A stretch of DNA of 64,000 nucleotides from Rickettsiales bacterium. Lineage in GTDB: Bacteria > Pseudomonadota > Alphaproteobacteria > Rickettsiales > UBA998. Shown one piece after another: positions 48,386-57,976 of this stretch (positions are counted from its first letter, which is position 1; every line of letters starts with the position of its first letter). The position numbers were made by a program, and so were the translations under genes. A model generated the notes under the pieces. That model did not search any database, was not told the origin of the DNA, and saw nothing but the letters and a program-made list of their open reading frames with translations. Location of the stretch: contig JBGTBD010000067.1 in the NCBI GenBank assembly GCA_041749475.1, forward strand, positions 6,191-70,190, in the 5' to 3' direction.

Positions 48386-48832
48386 ATGTCATTGTACGAT
48401 AACAATAAAAAAGACTTCTTCACCCGCTTCTCGCAAAAAGCCGCCAAATATACTGGGTCGGTCTATTCCTTTGTCATAGCATTAGGTATCATTGTCATCT
48501 GGGGGGTAACGGGACCGTTGTTCGGCTTCTCCGACACGTGGCAACTCGTCATCAATACGGGCACGACCATTATCACTTTCCTGATGGTCTTCCTGATCCA
48601 GAATACCCAGAACCGCGATACCAAGGCGATACAGTTGAAGCTCGACGAAATCATCCGCGTGACCGATGGCCATAATGTTCTCATGGATCTGGAGGAACTC
48701 AGCGAACACGAACTCGACATCATCCGCCGGAAATACGAAGACCTCGCCGAGAAAGCGCGTGCACATATCCGTGCAAAGGAGAAAGATACCGATAATCCCG
48801 ATATTCTGCTCGACGGCGATGACAAGCACTAA
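48386..48832 (+). CDS. low-affinity iron permease family protein
   Basis: [14 protein letters not shown] ... [27 protein letters not shown] ... KLDEII matches the family pattern I know. Confidence 0.7.
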   Translation: MSLYDNNKKDFFTRFSQKAAKYTGSVYSFVIALGIIVIWGVTGPLFGFSDTWQLVINTGTTIITFLMVFLIQNTQNRDTKAIQLKLDEIIRVTDGHNVLMDLEELSEHELDIIRRKYEDLAEKARAHIRAKEKDTDNPDILLDGDDKH

Positions 48833-48897
48833 TGCGGAGCATTTGACGCCGCGCCTCACCTCACGTACAACTAAAGCCTACTCACAAGGTGTTCCCG

Positions 48898-49416
48898 ATG
48901 CCCACTTCTCCTGACCTCCGCAGCTTCGTAACCGACGTCCCCGATTTTCCAAAACCGGGTATCATGTTCCGTGACATTTCGCCCGTCCTTCGCAATCATT
49001 TCGGCGAGGTCATCCGTCAAATGGCGGCCCTTTTTACGGAAGAGGAATGGAGGGGTATCGATTTCGTCGGCGGTATTGAATCGCGCGGTTTCATCCTCGC
49101 CGCCGGGCTGGCCGCGCTACAGAACAAAGGCTTCGTGAAAATCCGCAAGAAAGGCAAACTGCCCGGCCCCGTGGTCGCGCGCAGTTACGGGCTGGAGTAT
49201 GGCGATGACGCGCTGGAGATGCAGTATGGGCAAGGCCGCATGCTGGTGGTCGATGACGTGCTTGCCACGGGCGGAACGCTCGCCGCCGCCGCCGACCTCG
49301 CGGCTGAGTCAGGGCATGAGGTCATCGGTTTCGCCTGCCTTATCAATCTGACCTACCTCAACGATTTCTCCTGGCATGGACAGACGCCGCGCACCGTTAT
49401 CGACTATAAGGACTGA
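48898..49416 (+). CDS. apt: adenine phosphoribosyltransferase
   Basis: DFPKPGIMFRDISPVL and the PRPP loop VVDDVLATGGT. Confidence 0.9.
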   Translation: MPTSPDLRSFVTDVPDFPKPGIMFRDISPVLRNHFGEVIRQMAALFTEEEWRGIDFVGGIESRGFILAAGLAALQNKGFVKIRKKGKLPGPVVARSYGLEYGDDALEMQYGQGRMLVVDDVLATGGTLAAAADLAAESGHEVIGFACLINLTYLNDFSWHGQTPRTVIDYKD

Positions 49417-49417
49417 C

Positions 49418-49984
49418 GTGGCCGCACCATTAATCGTCATGGCGTTGGAAAGCGAAAGTCAGGGCAAGCTGGAAGCGGCCGGGCACGAGGTGCTCTATAC
49501 CGGCGTCGGCAAGGTCAACGCGACCTATCATTTGACGCGCGCATTGGCCGAACGCAAGGCCACCCGCCAAGCACCATCCATCGTCATCAATCTCGGCACG
49601 GCGGGAAGCCCGCGCTACCCCTTCGCTTCCATCGTCGCCGCCCACCGCTTCGTCCAGCGCGATATGGACGCAACGGGCATCGGCTTCGCCCCCGGTGAAA
49701 CGCCGTTCGACCCATCCCCCATCATCCTCGAATCGAAACCTTACTTCACGCAACTGCCCTCCGGCATTTGTGGCTCGGGCGATTCCTTCCTGCAAGGCGT
49801 ATCCCCCATGCCGTGCGACGTCATCGACATGGAAGCCTATGCCTACGCAAAAGTCTGCCACCTGATGGACGTCCCCTTCGCCTGCGCAAAATTCGTCACC
49901 GACGGTGCGGACGATGCCGCCCATACTGACTGGACAGAAAACCTCCGCCATGCGGCGGAGGCTTTTGTTACGTTGTTGAAATAG
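49418..49984 (+). CDS. nucleoside phosphorylase-fold nucleosidase (MTA/SAH nucleosidase-like)
   Basis: PNP_UDP_1-like strings: LYTGVGKVNA, NLGTAGS, DMEAYAYAKVC. Start set at GTG 49418 just after the apt stop; the track ATG 49376 overlaps apt. Confidence 0.6.
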   Translation: MAAPLIVMALESESQGKLEAAGHEVLYTGVGKVNATYHLTRALAERKATRQAPSIVINLGTAGSPRYPFASIVAAHRFVQRDMDATGIGFAPGETPFDPSPIILESKPYFTQLPSGICGSGDSFLQGVSPMPCDVIDMEAYAYAKVCHLMDVPFACAKFVTDGADDAAHTDWTENLRHAAEAFVTLLK

Positions 49985-50010
49985 AACTAATCGATTACAT
50001 TATAAATCTT

Positions 50011-50080
50011 GTCACCCTGAACTTGTTTCAGGGTCCATCTTTATCGGCCCATATGGATGCTGAAACAAGTTCGGCATGAC
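50011..50080. repeat. nested-palindrome intergenic repeat, family B, copy 2
   Basis: The left arm is identical to copy 1 (26/26) and the right arm matches 25/26. Lies between the convergent nucleosidase and bdhA genes. Confidence 0.85.
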
Positions 50081-50101
50081 AAAATGAATAGAGAGTAATT
50101 G

Positions 50102-50881
50102 CTACTGCGCCGTCCAACCCCCGTCGATAGGCAGGATGCTTCCGGTCAGGTTCTTCGCCGCGTCCGAACAGAGGAACAGCACGAACTCGCCGATCTCTTC
50201 TACAGTGGTGAATTCATGCGTCGGTTCTGCCGCGAGGAGGATTTTTTCCTTCACGTCCTTCTCGCTCATCTTGCGCGCTTTGGCGGTATCGGCGATCTGG
50301 TTCTTCACCAGCGGCGTCCACACATATCCCGGGCAGATCGCATTAGCGGTAATGCCATGCTCCGCCCCTTCGAGCGCTACAGTTTTCACGAGACCCGCAA
50401 CGCCATGTTTAGCGGCGACATACGCCGACTTATAAGGCGACGCGACCAGTGCATGTGCGGAAGCAATGCTGATGATACGTCCCCATTTATTCTTCTTCAT
50501 GATGGGGAATGCTGCGCGGATGGCATGGAACTGCGCGGAAAGATTGATTGCGATGATTGCGTTCCATTTATCGATCGGGAATTCTTCAATAGGCGAGACA
50601 TGTTGGATGCCCGCATTATTCACTAAAATATCGACCCTTTTGAATGCTTTTTTCGTTGCCGCGACCATGTCGGCGATTTGCTCTGGTTTGGTCATATCCG
50701 CGGGGTGATAAATAGCTTTAATTTTATATTTTTTTTCGAGATTGGCGCGCTGCTTTTCGATTGATTTGGCGTCGCCAAGCCCGTTCAACGTTACGTTACA
50801 ACCTGCTTTGGCGAGCGTTTCGGCTATGGCTTGCCCAATCCCGCTGGTGGAGCCGGTGACGATGGCGGATTTATTTTTCAT
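50102..50881 (-). CDS. bdhA: 3-hydroxybutyrate dehydrogenase (classical SDR)
   Basis: TGSTSGIG, NNAG, YxxxK (YVAAKHG) and the C-terminal DGGWTAQ typical of BDH. RBS aggaga precedes ATG 50881. Confidence 0.8.
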   Translation of the reverse strand: MKNKSAIVTGSTSGIGQAIAETLAKAGCNVTLNGLGDAKSIEKQRANLEKKYKIKAIYHPADMTKPEQIADMVAATKKAFKRVDILVNNAGIQHVSPIEEFPIDKWNAIIAINLSAQFHAIRAAFPIMKKNKWGRIISIASAHALVASPYKSAYVAAKHGVAGLVKTVALEGAEHGITANAICPGYVWTPLVKNQIADTAKARKMSEKDVKEKILLAAEPTHEFTTVEEIGEFVLFLCSDAAKNLTGSILPIDGGWTAQ

Positions 50882-51026
50882 AAGTGTTCTCCTACTTGTA
50901 TTACAACGGGTTGATACATACCCCAAGGCCAATCAAGAAGATAGCGGAATCGACATATTAACCATCTTGAAAGACATTTATGCGATAGTTGGAAGCTAGT
51001 CCATCTAACAAAAGAGTGCTTTTAGC

Positions 51027-51461
51027 ATGACGTTAAAACCAGATGAAATGAATGTCCTCGTGGTGGATGACCACATGCTGATGCGAAGGCTGGTCAGCCA
51101 GCATTTGAATACCTTAGGATTCGGTCATGTCGAGACCGCCATCAACGGACAAGAAGCATTGGACATGATGGAAGCGCGGATGAATGCGGGCAGCAGTAAA
51201 TTTCATATCGTATTTCTCGACTGGAGTATGCCCGTGATGGATGGCCTCCGCTTACTCACTCATTGCCGGGCGGATAGCCGATACGATCACGTCGCCTTCG
51301 TGATGCTGACCGCTGAAAGCGAACAGAGTAATGTGCTGAAAGCACTGCAAGCGGGCGCGACATCCTATATTGTCAAACCCGTCTCGCAGGAAATGCTGGG
51401 CCATAAGATCAAGAACGTACTCCAGTGGCTCGAGACCACAGATAAGGAAGCCGTACATTAA
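51027..51461 (+). CDS. single-domain CheY-like response regulator
   Basis: VLVVDDH, phospho-acceptor context IVFLDWSMPVMDG, and LTAE / YIVKP motifs. Confidence 0.85.
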   Translation: MTLKPDEMNVLVVDDHMLMRRLVSQHLNTLGFGHVETAINGQEALDMMEARMNAGSSKFHIVFLDWSMPVMDGLRLLTHCRADSRYDHVAFVMLTAESEQSNVLKALQAGATSYIVKPVSQEMLGHKIKNVLQWLETTDKEAVH

Positions 51462-51967
51462 TGGGCGATTCCTCAAGTGATTTAAAAGAGAAAGTCACGC
51501 GGGTCATTCGTCATTCCGTCATTGCCACCTTTGACGAATTATTTCATGCCGATGTCACCGCTGAACACCGTAAGAACCAACCTTACGAAACGGGCGAGCT
51601 GACCTGCCGCGTCGATCTGGTGCAGGACGACGCCGTGGCGACGATGCGTTTCAGCTTCGACAAAAAACTTCTCCGTGCCCTCATCATACAATGGTACCCT
51701 TCCGAATCGCTCACCGATGACAGCTATTGTGCCGACGCCGCCTGCGAGATCGCAAACATCATCTGCTCCCGTGTAAAATCCTTCCTCAATACGCAAGGCT
51801 TTCACATGTCCATGCAGATTCCCTATGCCGAGCACCCTGACGCGGTAGCGCTGCCATCGCCGGATACGCTGCACCTTGGATTCCACCTGAGCGAAGAGGA
51901 TTTCTTCGTCGATTTCGGAATGCAGGGCATAGGCGCGGGCTTCCACTCTCCAACTCCCCACGGCTGA
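51461..51967 (+). CDS. CheX-like CheY-P phosphatase candidate
   Basis: 168 aa. ACEIANIICSRV contains the ExxN signature of CheX/CheC-type phosphatases. The start overlaps the regulator stop (TAATG). Confidence 0.55.
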   Translation: MGDSSSDLKEKVTRVIRHSVIATFDELFHADVTAEHRKNQPYETGELTCRVDLVQDDAVATMRFSFDKKLLRALIIQWYPSESLTDDSYCADAACEIANIICSRVKSFLNTQGFHMSMQIPYAEHPDAVALPSPDTLHLGFHLSEEDFFVDFGMQGIGAGFHSPTPHG

Positions 51968-51969
51968 GG

Positions 51970-53487
51970 ATGGATATCTCCATGGAGACCATGCTGGAAG
52001 GCCTCGGTCAGGGGGTCTTATCCTTCGACCGGCACGGCATCTGTGCGCCCATATTCTCCCGACGCACGCTGGAATTGTTACACACGGACCCCTCCCACAA
52101 ACCCATCTGGCAGGTGCTGGGGCTTGATAGCGAACGCGAACGCAATTTCAAATCCTTACTGAACATGCTGTTCACCAACGCTACCGCATTGGGGTTCGAG
52201 GATCTGATTGATCTGGCCCCAAAAATGTTCGCATACGAAGGGCAGGCCACCGTATCGCTGGTCTACCGTCCCATGCTGGACGCGACGGGAAATCTCTCCC
52301 AAGTCCTTGTCATTGCCACCGACCGCACGCGCGAGCTCGATGCCGAGGAGCGCTTACGCCAAAAGGAGATACGCGCGCTCCGTACCATACGCATCGCCAA
52401 AAACCGCAATTATTTCGTCGATTTCGTCCAGCAGTTCCGTCGCACTTTTCAGGACGAAGATGGCAACGCCATTTGCTGGATGTCTGAAGAACAGGCGAAA
52501 CGCGACATCCACACTATCAAGGGATTGGCAGGTGTGTTCCAGTTAGTGGAACTGGAGAATGCGTTGAATATTATGGAAGCCGACATCGCCAACCTGACCG
52601 ATCAGAATTGCAACCCGACCGATATCCACGCGGTATTTCTCAGGCATGAGGACACTCTCTGGGAAGAATTTAACCAAGCCTATCGCGTGGCGGCGGAAGT
52701 GCTGGGTGATAAGTTCGAACAAACGGGGCAGAGTGTTTCCCTCTCCACCGTTCAGCTCTATCATTTCGCTGAAAAGCTGAAGATGGTCGCCGCCCACGGC
52801 GCTACGCCAGAGCAGCTCCACCAGAAATTCCTTGAATCACTCGTCGCGATACCTCTCTCGCACCTCCTTTCCGATATGGATATGCAACTGCAGGAATTGG
52901 CATCGCGCTTTGATAAACAATTGCTGCCGACCCGCTTCACGGGAGAGAATCTGGCGTTGCTCCCTGATATATACCAACCACTCTTCTCCACCTTCACCCA
53001 TCTGGCTCGAAACATCATCGACCACGGAATCGAAGAACCGAAGATGCGCATCGCCTTTGGCAAACCTAGCGCCGGACAGGTGACTATCCATAGTGAACGG
53101 CTGGTGTCCGACCCCTCCGGCTGGTTCCGGCTGGTCATCAAGGACGATGGCCGCGGAATCGATACGGACGCGCTTCGCATCAAGCTACGCAAGACCATGA
53201 AAAAAGAAGTTGTATCCAGCCTGACCGACGATCAGGTCGTGCAATATATATTCGAGGATTCCATGTCCACACTGGAGAAAGTCACTGCCCTCTCCGGTCA
53301 AGGGGTAGGGATGAGCGCGATCAAAGCCGAGGTATTACGGCTCGGCGGCACGATCTGGGTCGAGAATACGGAGGGGGACGGCATCCGCGTCCATATGGAT
53401 ATTCCCATCCTCTGGCACGCACCGGATGGGCAGCCTCCTGCCGCAAACCCCCTCCCATTCAGCCCATTCACCTGCGATTTAGGCTAA
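51970..53487 (+). CDS. PAS - Hpt - HATPase kinase of CheA type lacking a CheW-like (P5) domain
   Basis: Hpt site DIHTIKGLAGVF, CheA-type N-box HLARNIIDHGIE, G1 DDGRGID, G2 GQGVGMSAIK. The N-terminal ~130 aa are PAS-like. The protein ends about 40 aa after the ATPase domain. Confidence 0.75.
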   Translation: MDISMETMLEGLGQGVLSFDRHGICAPIFSRRTLELLHTDPSHKPIWQVLGLDSERERNFKSLLNMLFTNATALGFEDLIDLAPKMFAYEGQATVSLVYRPMLDATGNLSQVLVIATDRTRELDAEERLRQKEIRALRTIRIAKNRNYFVDFVQQFRRTFQDEDGNAICWMSEEQAKRDIHTIKGLAGVFQLVELENALNIMEADIANLTDQNCNPTDIHAVFLRHEDTLWEEFNQAYRVAAEVLGDKFEQTGQSVSLSTVQLYHFAEKLKMVAAHGATPEQLHQKFLESLVAIPLSHLLSDMDMQLQELASRFDKQLLPTRFTGENLALLPDIYQPLFSTFTHLARNIIDHGIEEPKMRIAFGKPSAGQVTIHSERLVSDPSGWFRLVIKDDGRGIDTDALRIKLRKTMKKEVVSSLTDDQVVQYIFEDSMSTLEKVTALSGQGVGMSAIKAEVLRLGGTIWVENTEGDGIRVHMDIPILWHAPDGQPPAANPLPFSPFTCDLG

Positions 53488-53579
53488 AAACCACTGTTTT
53501 TCTGCATTTTTGGTGCAGATTGCGATAGCCAACAGGGGAAAAAATCGCTATATGGGGCGGCCCACGGGAGAGGAATCAT

Positions 53580-55403
53580 ATGAAATCACTACGCAACATC
53601 GCGATTATCGCGCACGTCGATCATGGAAAAACCACGTTGATCGACCAAATGCTACGCCAGAGCGGGACGTTCCGCGCCAATCAGCAAGTCGCTGAGCGCG
53701 TCATGGACTCCAACGATCTGGAGAAAGAGCGCGGCATCACGATTCTCGCGAAATGTACCTCCGTCGTCTGGAAAGACACCAAAATCAACATCATCGACAC
53801 CCCCGGCCACGCTGATTTCGGTGGCGAGGTGGAACGCGTATTGACGATGGTCGATAGCGTCGTCATCCTCGTCGATGCCGCCGAAGGCCCGATGCCGCAG
53901 ACCAAGTTCGTCCTGATGAAAGCCTTAGCTCTGGGCCTCCGCCCGATGGTCGTCATCAACAAGGTCGACCGTCCGGACGCGCGCGTCGATGAAGTCCTGA
54001 ACGAAGTATTCGACCTCTTCGTGGCGCTTGACGCGACCGAGGAACAGCTCGACTTCCACACCCTCTACGCCTCTGGCCGTAACGGCTGGGCAGTAGAAAA
54101 ACTGGAAGACCCGCGCGAAAACCTCAACTGCCTGTTCGAGCTGATTATCAAGCACGTCCCCACTCCAAAAGTGGAAGAGAACACCCCGTTCGGCATGCTC
54201 GTCACCATTCTCGAAAGCGATAACTTCCTCGGCCGTATCCTCACCGGGAAAGTCTATGGCGGCAACATCAAGGTCAACAGCCAGGTGAAAGTACTGCGCC
54301 TCGACGGCACGGTCGCCGAGCAAGGCCGCCTCACCAAGCTTCTTGCCTTCCAAGGCATCGAGCGCGTTCCGGTTGAAGAAGCCTCCGCGGGTGACATCGT
54401 CGCCATCGCCGGGCTACAGGAAGCAAGCGTCGCCGATACCATCGGCTCCATCGAGCGCGAGATTCCCATTCAGTCCCAACCCGTCGATCCCCCCACGATG
54501 GCGATCACCATCAGCGTCAACGATTCTCCGCTCGCGGGAACCGAAGGCAGCAAAGTCACCTCGCGCATGATCCGCGAACGCCTTTACAAGGAAGCCGAAG
54601 GCAACGTCGCCATCCGCGTTAACGAGAGTGATAGCAAAGACGCATTCGAAGTCGGTGGCCGTGGCGAATTGCAGCTCGGCGTCCTCATCGAGACCATGCG
54701 CCGCGAAGGCTTCGAGCTTTCCGTCTCCCGTCCGCGCGTTCTTCTGAAGAAGGACGAGAACGGCCAGATGATCGAGCCGATCGAGGAAGTCCAGGTCGAT
54801 GTCGATGAAGAATATAGCGGTGTCGTGGTTGAAAAACTCTCCAAGCGTAAAGGCGAGTTGACCGAGATGCGTCCTTCCGGAGGCGGCAAGTTGCGCCTGA
54901 AATTCCTGATGCCATCGCGTGGCCTTATCGGTTATCAGGGTGAGTTCATGACTGACACGCGCGGTACGGGCGTCCTCAGCCATATCTACCACTCCTACGC
55001 TCCCTACAAAGGCGAGATCGCCGGACGTCACAACGGCGTGCTGATCTCCAACTGCACAGGCGTCGCGGTAGCCTATGCGCTCTGGAACCTCGAAGAACGC
55101 GGTTTCCTCTTCATCCCGCCGTCGGTGAAGATCTATGAAGGGATGCTGATCGGCCAGCACAGCCGGGATAACGACCTCGAAGTCAACCCGCTGAAAGGCA
55201 AGCAGCTCACCAACATTCGTACCACGAGCAAGGACGAGGCCGTTCGCCTCACCCCGCCGCGGGAGATGACGCTGGAACAGGCCATCGCTTACATCAATGA
55301 CGATGAGTTGGTAGAAGTGACCCCGAAATCCATCCGCTTGCGCAAGCGCATCCTCGACCCCAACGAGCGCAAACGCGCATCACGGGCTGCGGACGTTGCG
55401 TAA
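53580..55403 (+). CDS. typA: translational GTPase TypA/BipA
   Basis: [32 protein letters not shown], plus the BipA-specific C-terminal domain. Confidence 0.95.
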   Translation: MKSLRNIAIIAHVDHGKTTLIDQMLRQSGTFRANQQVAERVMDSNDLEKERGITILAKCTSVVWKDTKINIIDTPGHADFGGEVERVLTMVDSVVILVDAAEGPMPQTKFVLMKALALGLRPMVVINKVDRPDARVDEVLNEVFDLFVALDATEEQLDFHTLYASGRNGWAVEKLEDPRENLNCLFELIIKHVPTPKVEENTPFGMLVTILESDNFLGRILTGKVYGGNIKVNSQVKVLRLDGTVAEQGRLTKLLAFQGIERVPVEEASAGDIVAIAGLQEASVADTIGSIEREIPIQSQPVDPPTMAITISVNDSPLAGTEGSKVTSRMIRERLYKEAEGNVAIRVNESDSKDAFEVGGRGELQLGVLIETMRREGFELSVSRPRVLLKKDENGQMIEPIEEVQVDVDEEYSGVVVEKLSKRKGELTEMRPSGGGKLRLKFLMPSRGLIGYQGEFMTDTRGTGVLSHIYHSYAPYKGEIAGRHNGVLISNCTGVAVAYALWNLEERGFLFIPPSVKIYEGMLIGQHSRDNDLEVNPLKGKQLTNIRTTSKDEAVRLTPPREMTLEQAIAYINDDELVEVTPKSIRLRKRILDPNERKRASRAADVA

Positions 55404-55408
55404 ATAGG

Positions 55409-55792
55409 CTAGAGCTGTTGCTGCGCGATGATCGGCGCGGCGAACTTATCATAAAGCACGGCGGCCCAGCAAATGAGCGCGAGGATGCGCGTCAGAAGTA
55501 CTGCGCCACTGCCGATGTCCTTGGCTTTCTTCGCCAGCGGATGCCGCTCGGGGCTCGCTTTATCCGTCACTGCCTCGATGGAGGTATTGATCGCCTCCAC
55601 GATCAGGATGGGGATGACGCTTGCTACCAGCATCAGCCATGTACTCACCTGCCAATGGTAGTACCCCGTCAACCCACTGGCGATGGCGATACCGACGAAC
55701 ATCTGGTATCCGGCGATGCGGAACGAATGGTCTTCCCACGCCAGCTTGAGGCCATTGATGGAATTCTTCAGTGCTTTGATGGGGGTTGGCAT
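55409..55792 (-). CDS. dgkA: diacylglycerol kinase
   Basis: EAINTSIEAVTD and AKDIGSGAVL motifs, three TM segments. Start taken at ATG 55792. Confidence 0.85.
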   Translation of the reverse strand: MPTPIKALKNSINGLKLAWEDHSFRIAGYQMFVGIAIASGLTGYYHWQVSTWLMLVASVIPILIVEAINTSIEAVTDKASPERHPLAKKAKDIGSGAVLLTRILALICWAAVLYDKFAAPIIAQQQL

Positions 55793-56076
55793 TATCTTCC
55801 TTTTCCGCCGCCGCCCGAGGTCCCTGCGAAGCGGTTCCACCGGTCTTTGGCCATGGTTTTCTTACCCGTTAAACGGTTGCGTATCTCCTGGGTCTTGGCG
55901 CTCCAGACCGGCTCATCGTCATTTGCCGGGGCACTTGTCTGCACGGCTTTGCGCACCCGCCCCGCTTCTGCCTGCTGCACGGCGGCGTTCAACTCATGAT
56001 GCCGCACATGCTCCATCATCAGATGGATGCTATGGTTACGGGCAAAAATAATCTTTCTTTTTAGTCGCTTATCCAA
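55792..56076 (-). CDS. small basic hypothetical protein (94 aa)
   Basis: Its TAA overlaps the dgkA ATG by 1 nt (TAATG), which suggests translational coupling. I recognise no family. Confidence 0.35.
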   Translation of the reverse strand: MDKRLKRKIIFARNHSIHLMMEHVRHHELNAAVQQAEAGRVRKAVQTSAPANDDEPVWSAKTQEIRNRLTGKKTMAKDRWNRFAGTSGGGGKGR

Positions 56077-56268
56077 TTATCGCTGTTTCGTGAGAGGGCT
56101 ATGAGTGGGGGCAAGGCAGTGCGAAGCATCTATGCGTCGTATAATGGCATGGGTTGGGAAGGGCTTTCTGGGGTTGTTTTTGAGCCATATTATCGGCTTT
56201 TATCATACGAAAAAAATCCCCGCTTGCCAAGCCGCCTGCAATATGGCAGTTTCCCCCCGCTTGACCAT

Positions 56269-56343
56269 GCCGATGTAGCTCAGTGGTAGAGCACGTCATT
56301 GGTAATGACGGGGTCGGAAGTTCGATTCTTCTCATCGGCACCA
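56269..56343 (+). tRNA. tRNA-Thr (anticodon GGU), CCA encoded
   Basis: Folded by hand: acceptor GCCGATG/CATCGGC, D arm GCTC/GAGC, anticodon stem CGTCA/TGACG with loop TTGGTAA, T arm GGAAG/CTTCT with TTCGATT loop, discriminator A plus CCA. Confidence 0.95.
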
Positions 56344-56429
56344 TTTTAGGTCAGGCTTTCTGCGATAAGCATGTAGAACGCAATGCAATCCCACACGCCG
56401 CCTCCCTTAAAAAAAGAACGCTATAGGAA

Positions 56430-57719
56430 TTACGCCGCGCGCAGATCCTGCAGGAAGCGCTGGACTTCGTTATTGAGTTCCTTCGCCTGCAACGAAAGCA
56501 GTTTTGCCGCATCGGAGACCTGATGTGCGGAATGATTCGCCGAATCGCTATGCGCTTCCACCGCGTGCAATTTATCGGTGACCGCTTCCGTCCCGTGCAC
56601 GGCCATATGCATATTATGCGCGATTTCGTTAGTCGTAGCGGACTGTTCTTCCAATGCGGAGGAGATGCTGCTGAAGGATTCCGATATCTGCGTCGTCGAT
56701 AGCTTGATATTGGCGAGCGTGGTGATGATGTCGGTCGAAGCGGTATTCATCTGGTTGATGACCTTCTCGATTTCCTGAATCGACTGATTGGTCTGGCTGG
56801 CGAGGTTTTTGACCTCGCTGGCGACCACCGCGAAGCCTTTACCCGCTTCGCCTGCCCGCGCCGATTCGATAGTAGCATTGAGGGCCAGCAGGTTGATCTT
56901 CTCGGCGATGTCGGCAACGATTTGCACAACTTCCCGAACTTTACCGGAAGCGGTTTTCAACGCATCGGCGTGAATATCTGCACCCTCCACATAATGCACC
57001 GACTGATCGACGAGGTTGGTGGACTTGATGAGCTGGGCGGAAATCTCGCTGACCGAAGAGGACATATGTTCCGTAGCGGAAGCGACCATCTGGATATTGA
57101 CCGTCGTCTTGTCCGCATCGGCGGTAGCGTCATGGGCGTTATGGCTGAAATCCTCCACGCTCTTATTGAGCGTTTCGGAAATGGTGGAAAGGCTTTCCGC
57201 GCTATGGGTAACGATATGGACGATAGAGTTGATTTGCGTCTCGAACTTAGCTGCCAGCATGTGCATGGCGGTCTTCTTTTCCTCATCGACTTTCTTGGTG
57301 AGCGCAGACTGTTCGATCTCTGCTCGTTTCTTATCAAGAATAGCTTCTTTGAAAAGTTGCACACTTTCCGCCATGCTTCCTAACTCGTCCGTGCGCTCCA
57401 GCCCCGCGACATCGACCGTCACATCGTTATGGGACAGGCGTTGCATGGCGATGGAGAGCGTGTTGAGCGGCTGCGTGATGGAGCGCGCGACGGAGCGGGT
57501 AAACCCCAGCATGAGGAGAATAAAAAGAAACGTACTGACGAGGAGGATGGTATTAACCTCTTCTAAAAGCGCGATGGCCTCGGCATCTTTCACGGCCCGG
57601 TTATCCTGTATCAGAACGCCCTCGATCTGGGTATTTGTATAATAACTCACGCCTGCAAGTAGGATGAGAAACAGGCTGGTGACGATAGAAATCCATTTCA
57701 GCTTGGCGTGTATAGTCAT
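56430..57719 (-). CDS. methyl-accepting chemotaxis protein (short periplasmic loop, HAMP, signalling domain)
   Basis: Two TM segments about 35 aa apart, a HAMP region, and a conserved hairpin tip ([35 protein letters not shown]). RBS ggaggg precedes ATG 57719. Confidence 0.9.
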   Translation of the reverse strand: MTIHAKLKWISIVTSLFLILLAGVSYYTNTQIEGVLIQDNRAVKDAEAIALLEEVNTILLVSTFLFILLMLGFTRSVARSITQPLNTLSIAMQRLSHNDVTVDVAGLERTDELGSMAESVQLFKEAILDKKRAEIEQSALTKKVDEEKKTAMHMLAAKFETQINSIVHIVTHSAESLSTISETLNKSVEDFSHNAHDATADADKTTVNIQMVASATEHMSSSVSEISAQLIKSTNLVDQSVHYVEGADIHADALKTASGKVREVVQIVADIAEKINLLALNATIESARAGEAGKGFAVVASEVKNLASQTNQSIQEIEKVINQMNTASTDIITTLANIKLSTTQISESFSSISSALEEQSATTNEIAHNMHMAVHGTEAVTDKLHAVEAHSDSANHSAHQVSDAAKLLSLQAKELNNEVQRFLQDLRAA

Positions 57720-57976
57720 AATGCCCTCCACACGTAAAACCATACATTGCATCACAGCATGAAAGCATAAGAATCATATTTCTTAACCATTTAAGACAAC
57801 AAAAAAACCATCTCTGGGGAAAATAAACATTTGAACTCCATTAATTTAGAATGTTCTGTAAAGTGACAATCAGATGAAAATACCCCTTTTTATGAAGATT
57901 TGATTTGAGTTCATTGTATGTACTGTTAAAAGCCACAAAGGAAAATTAATTAAAAATTAACTATGTGGCTGACCCT

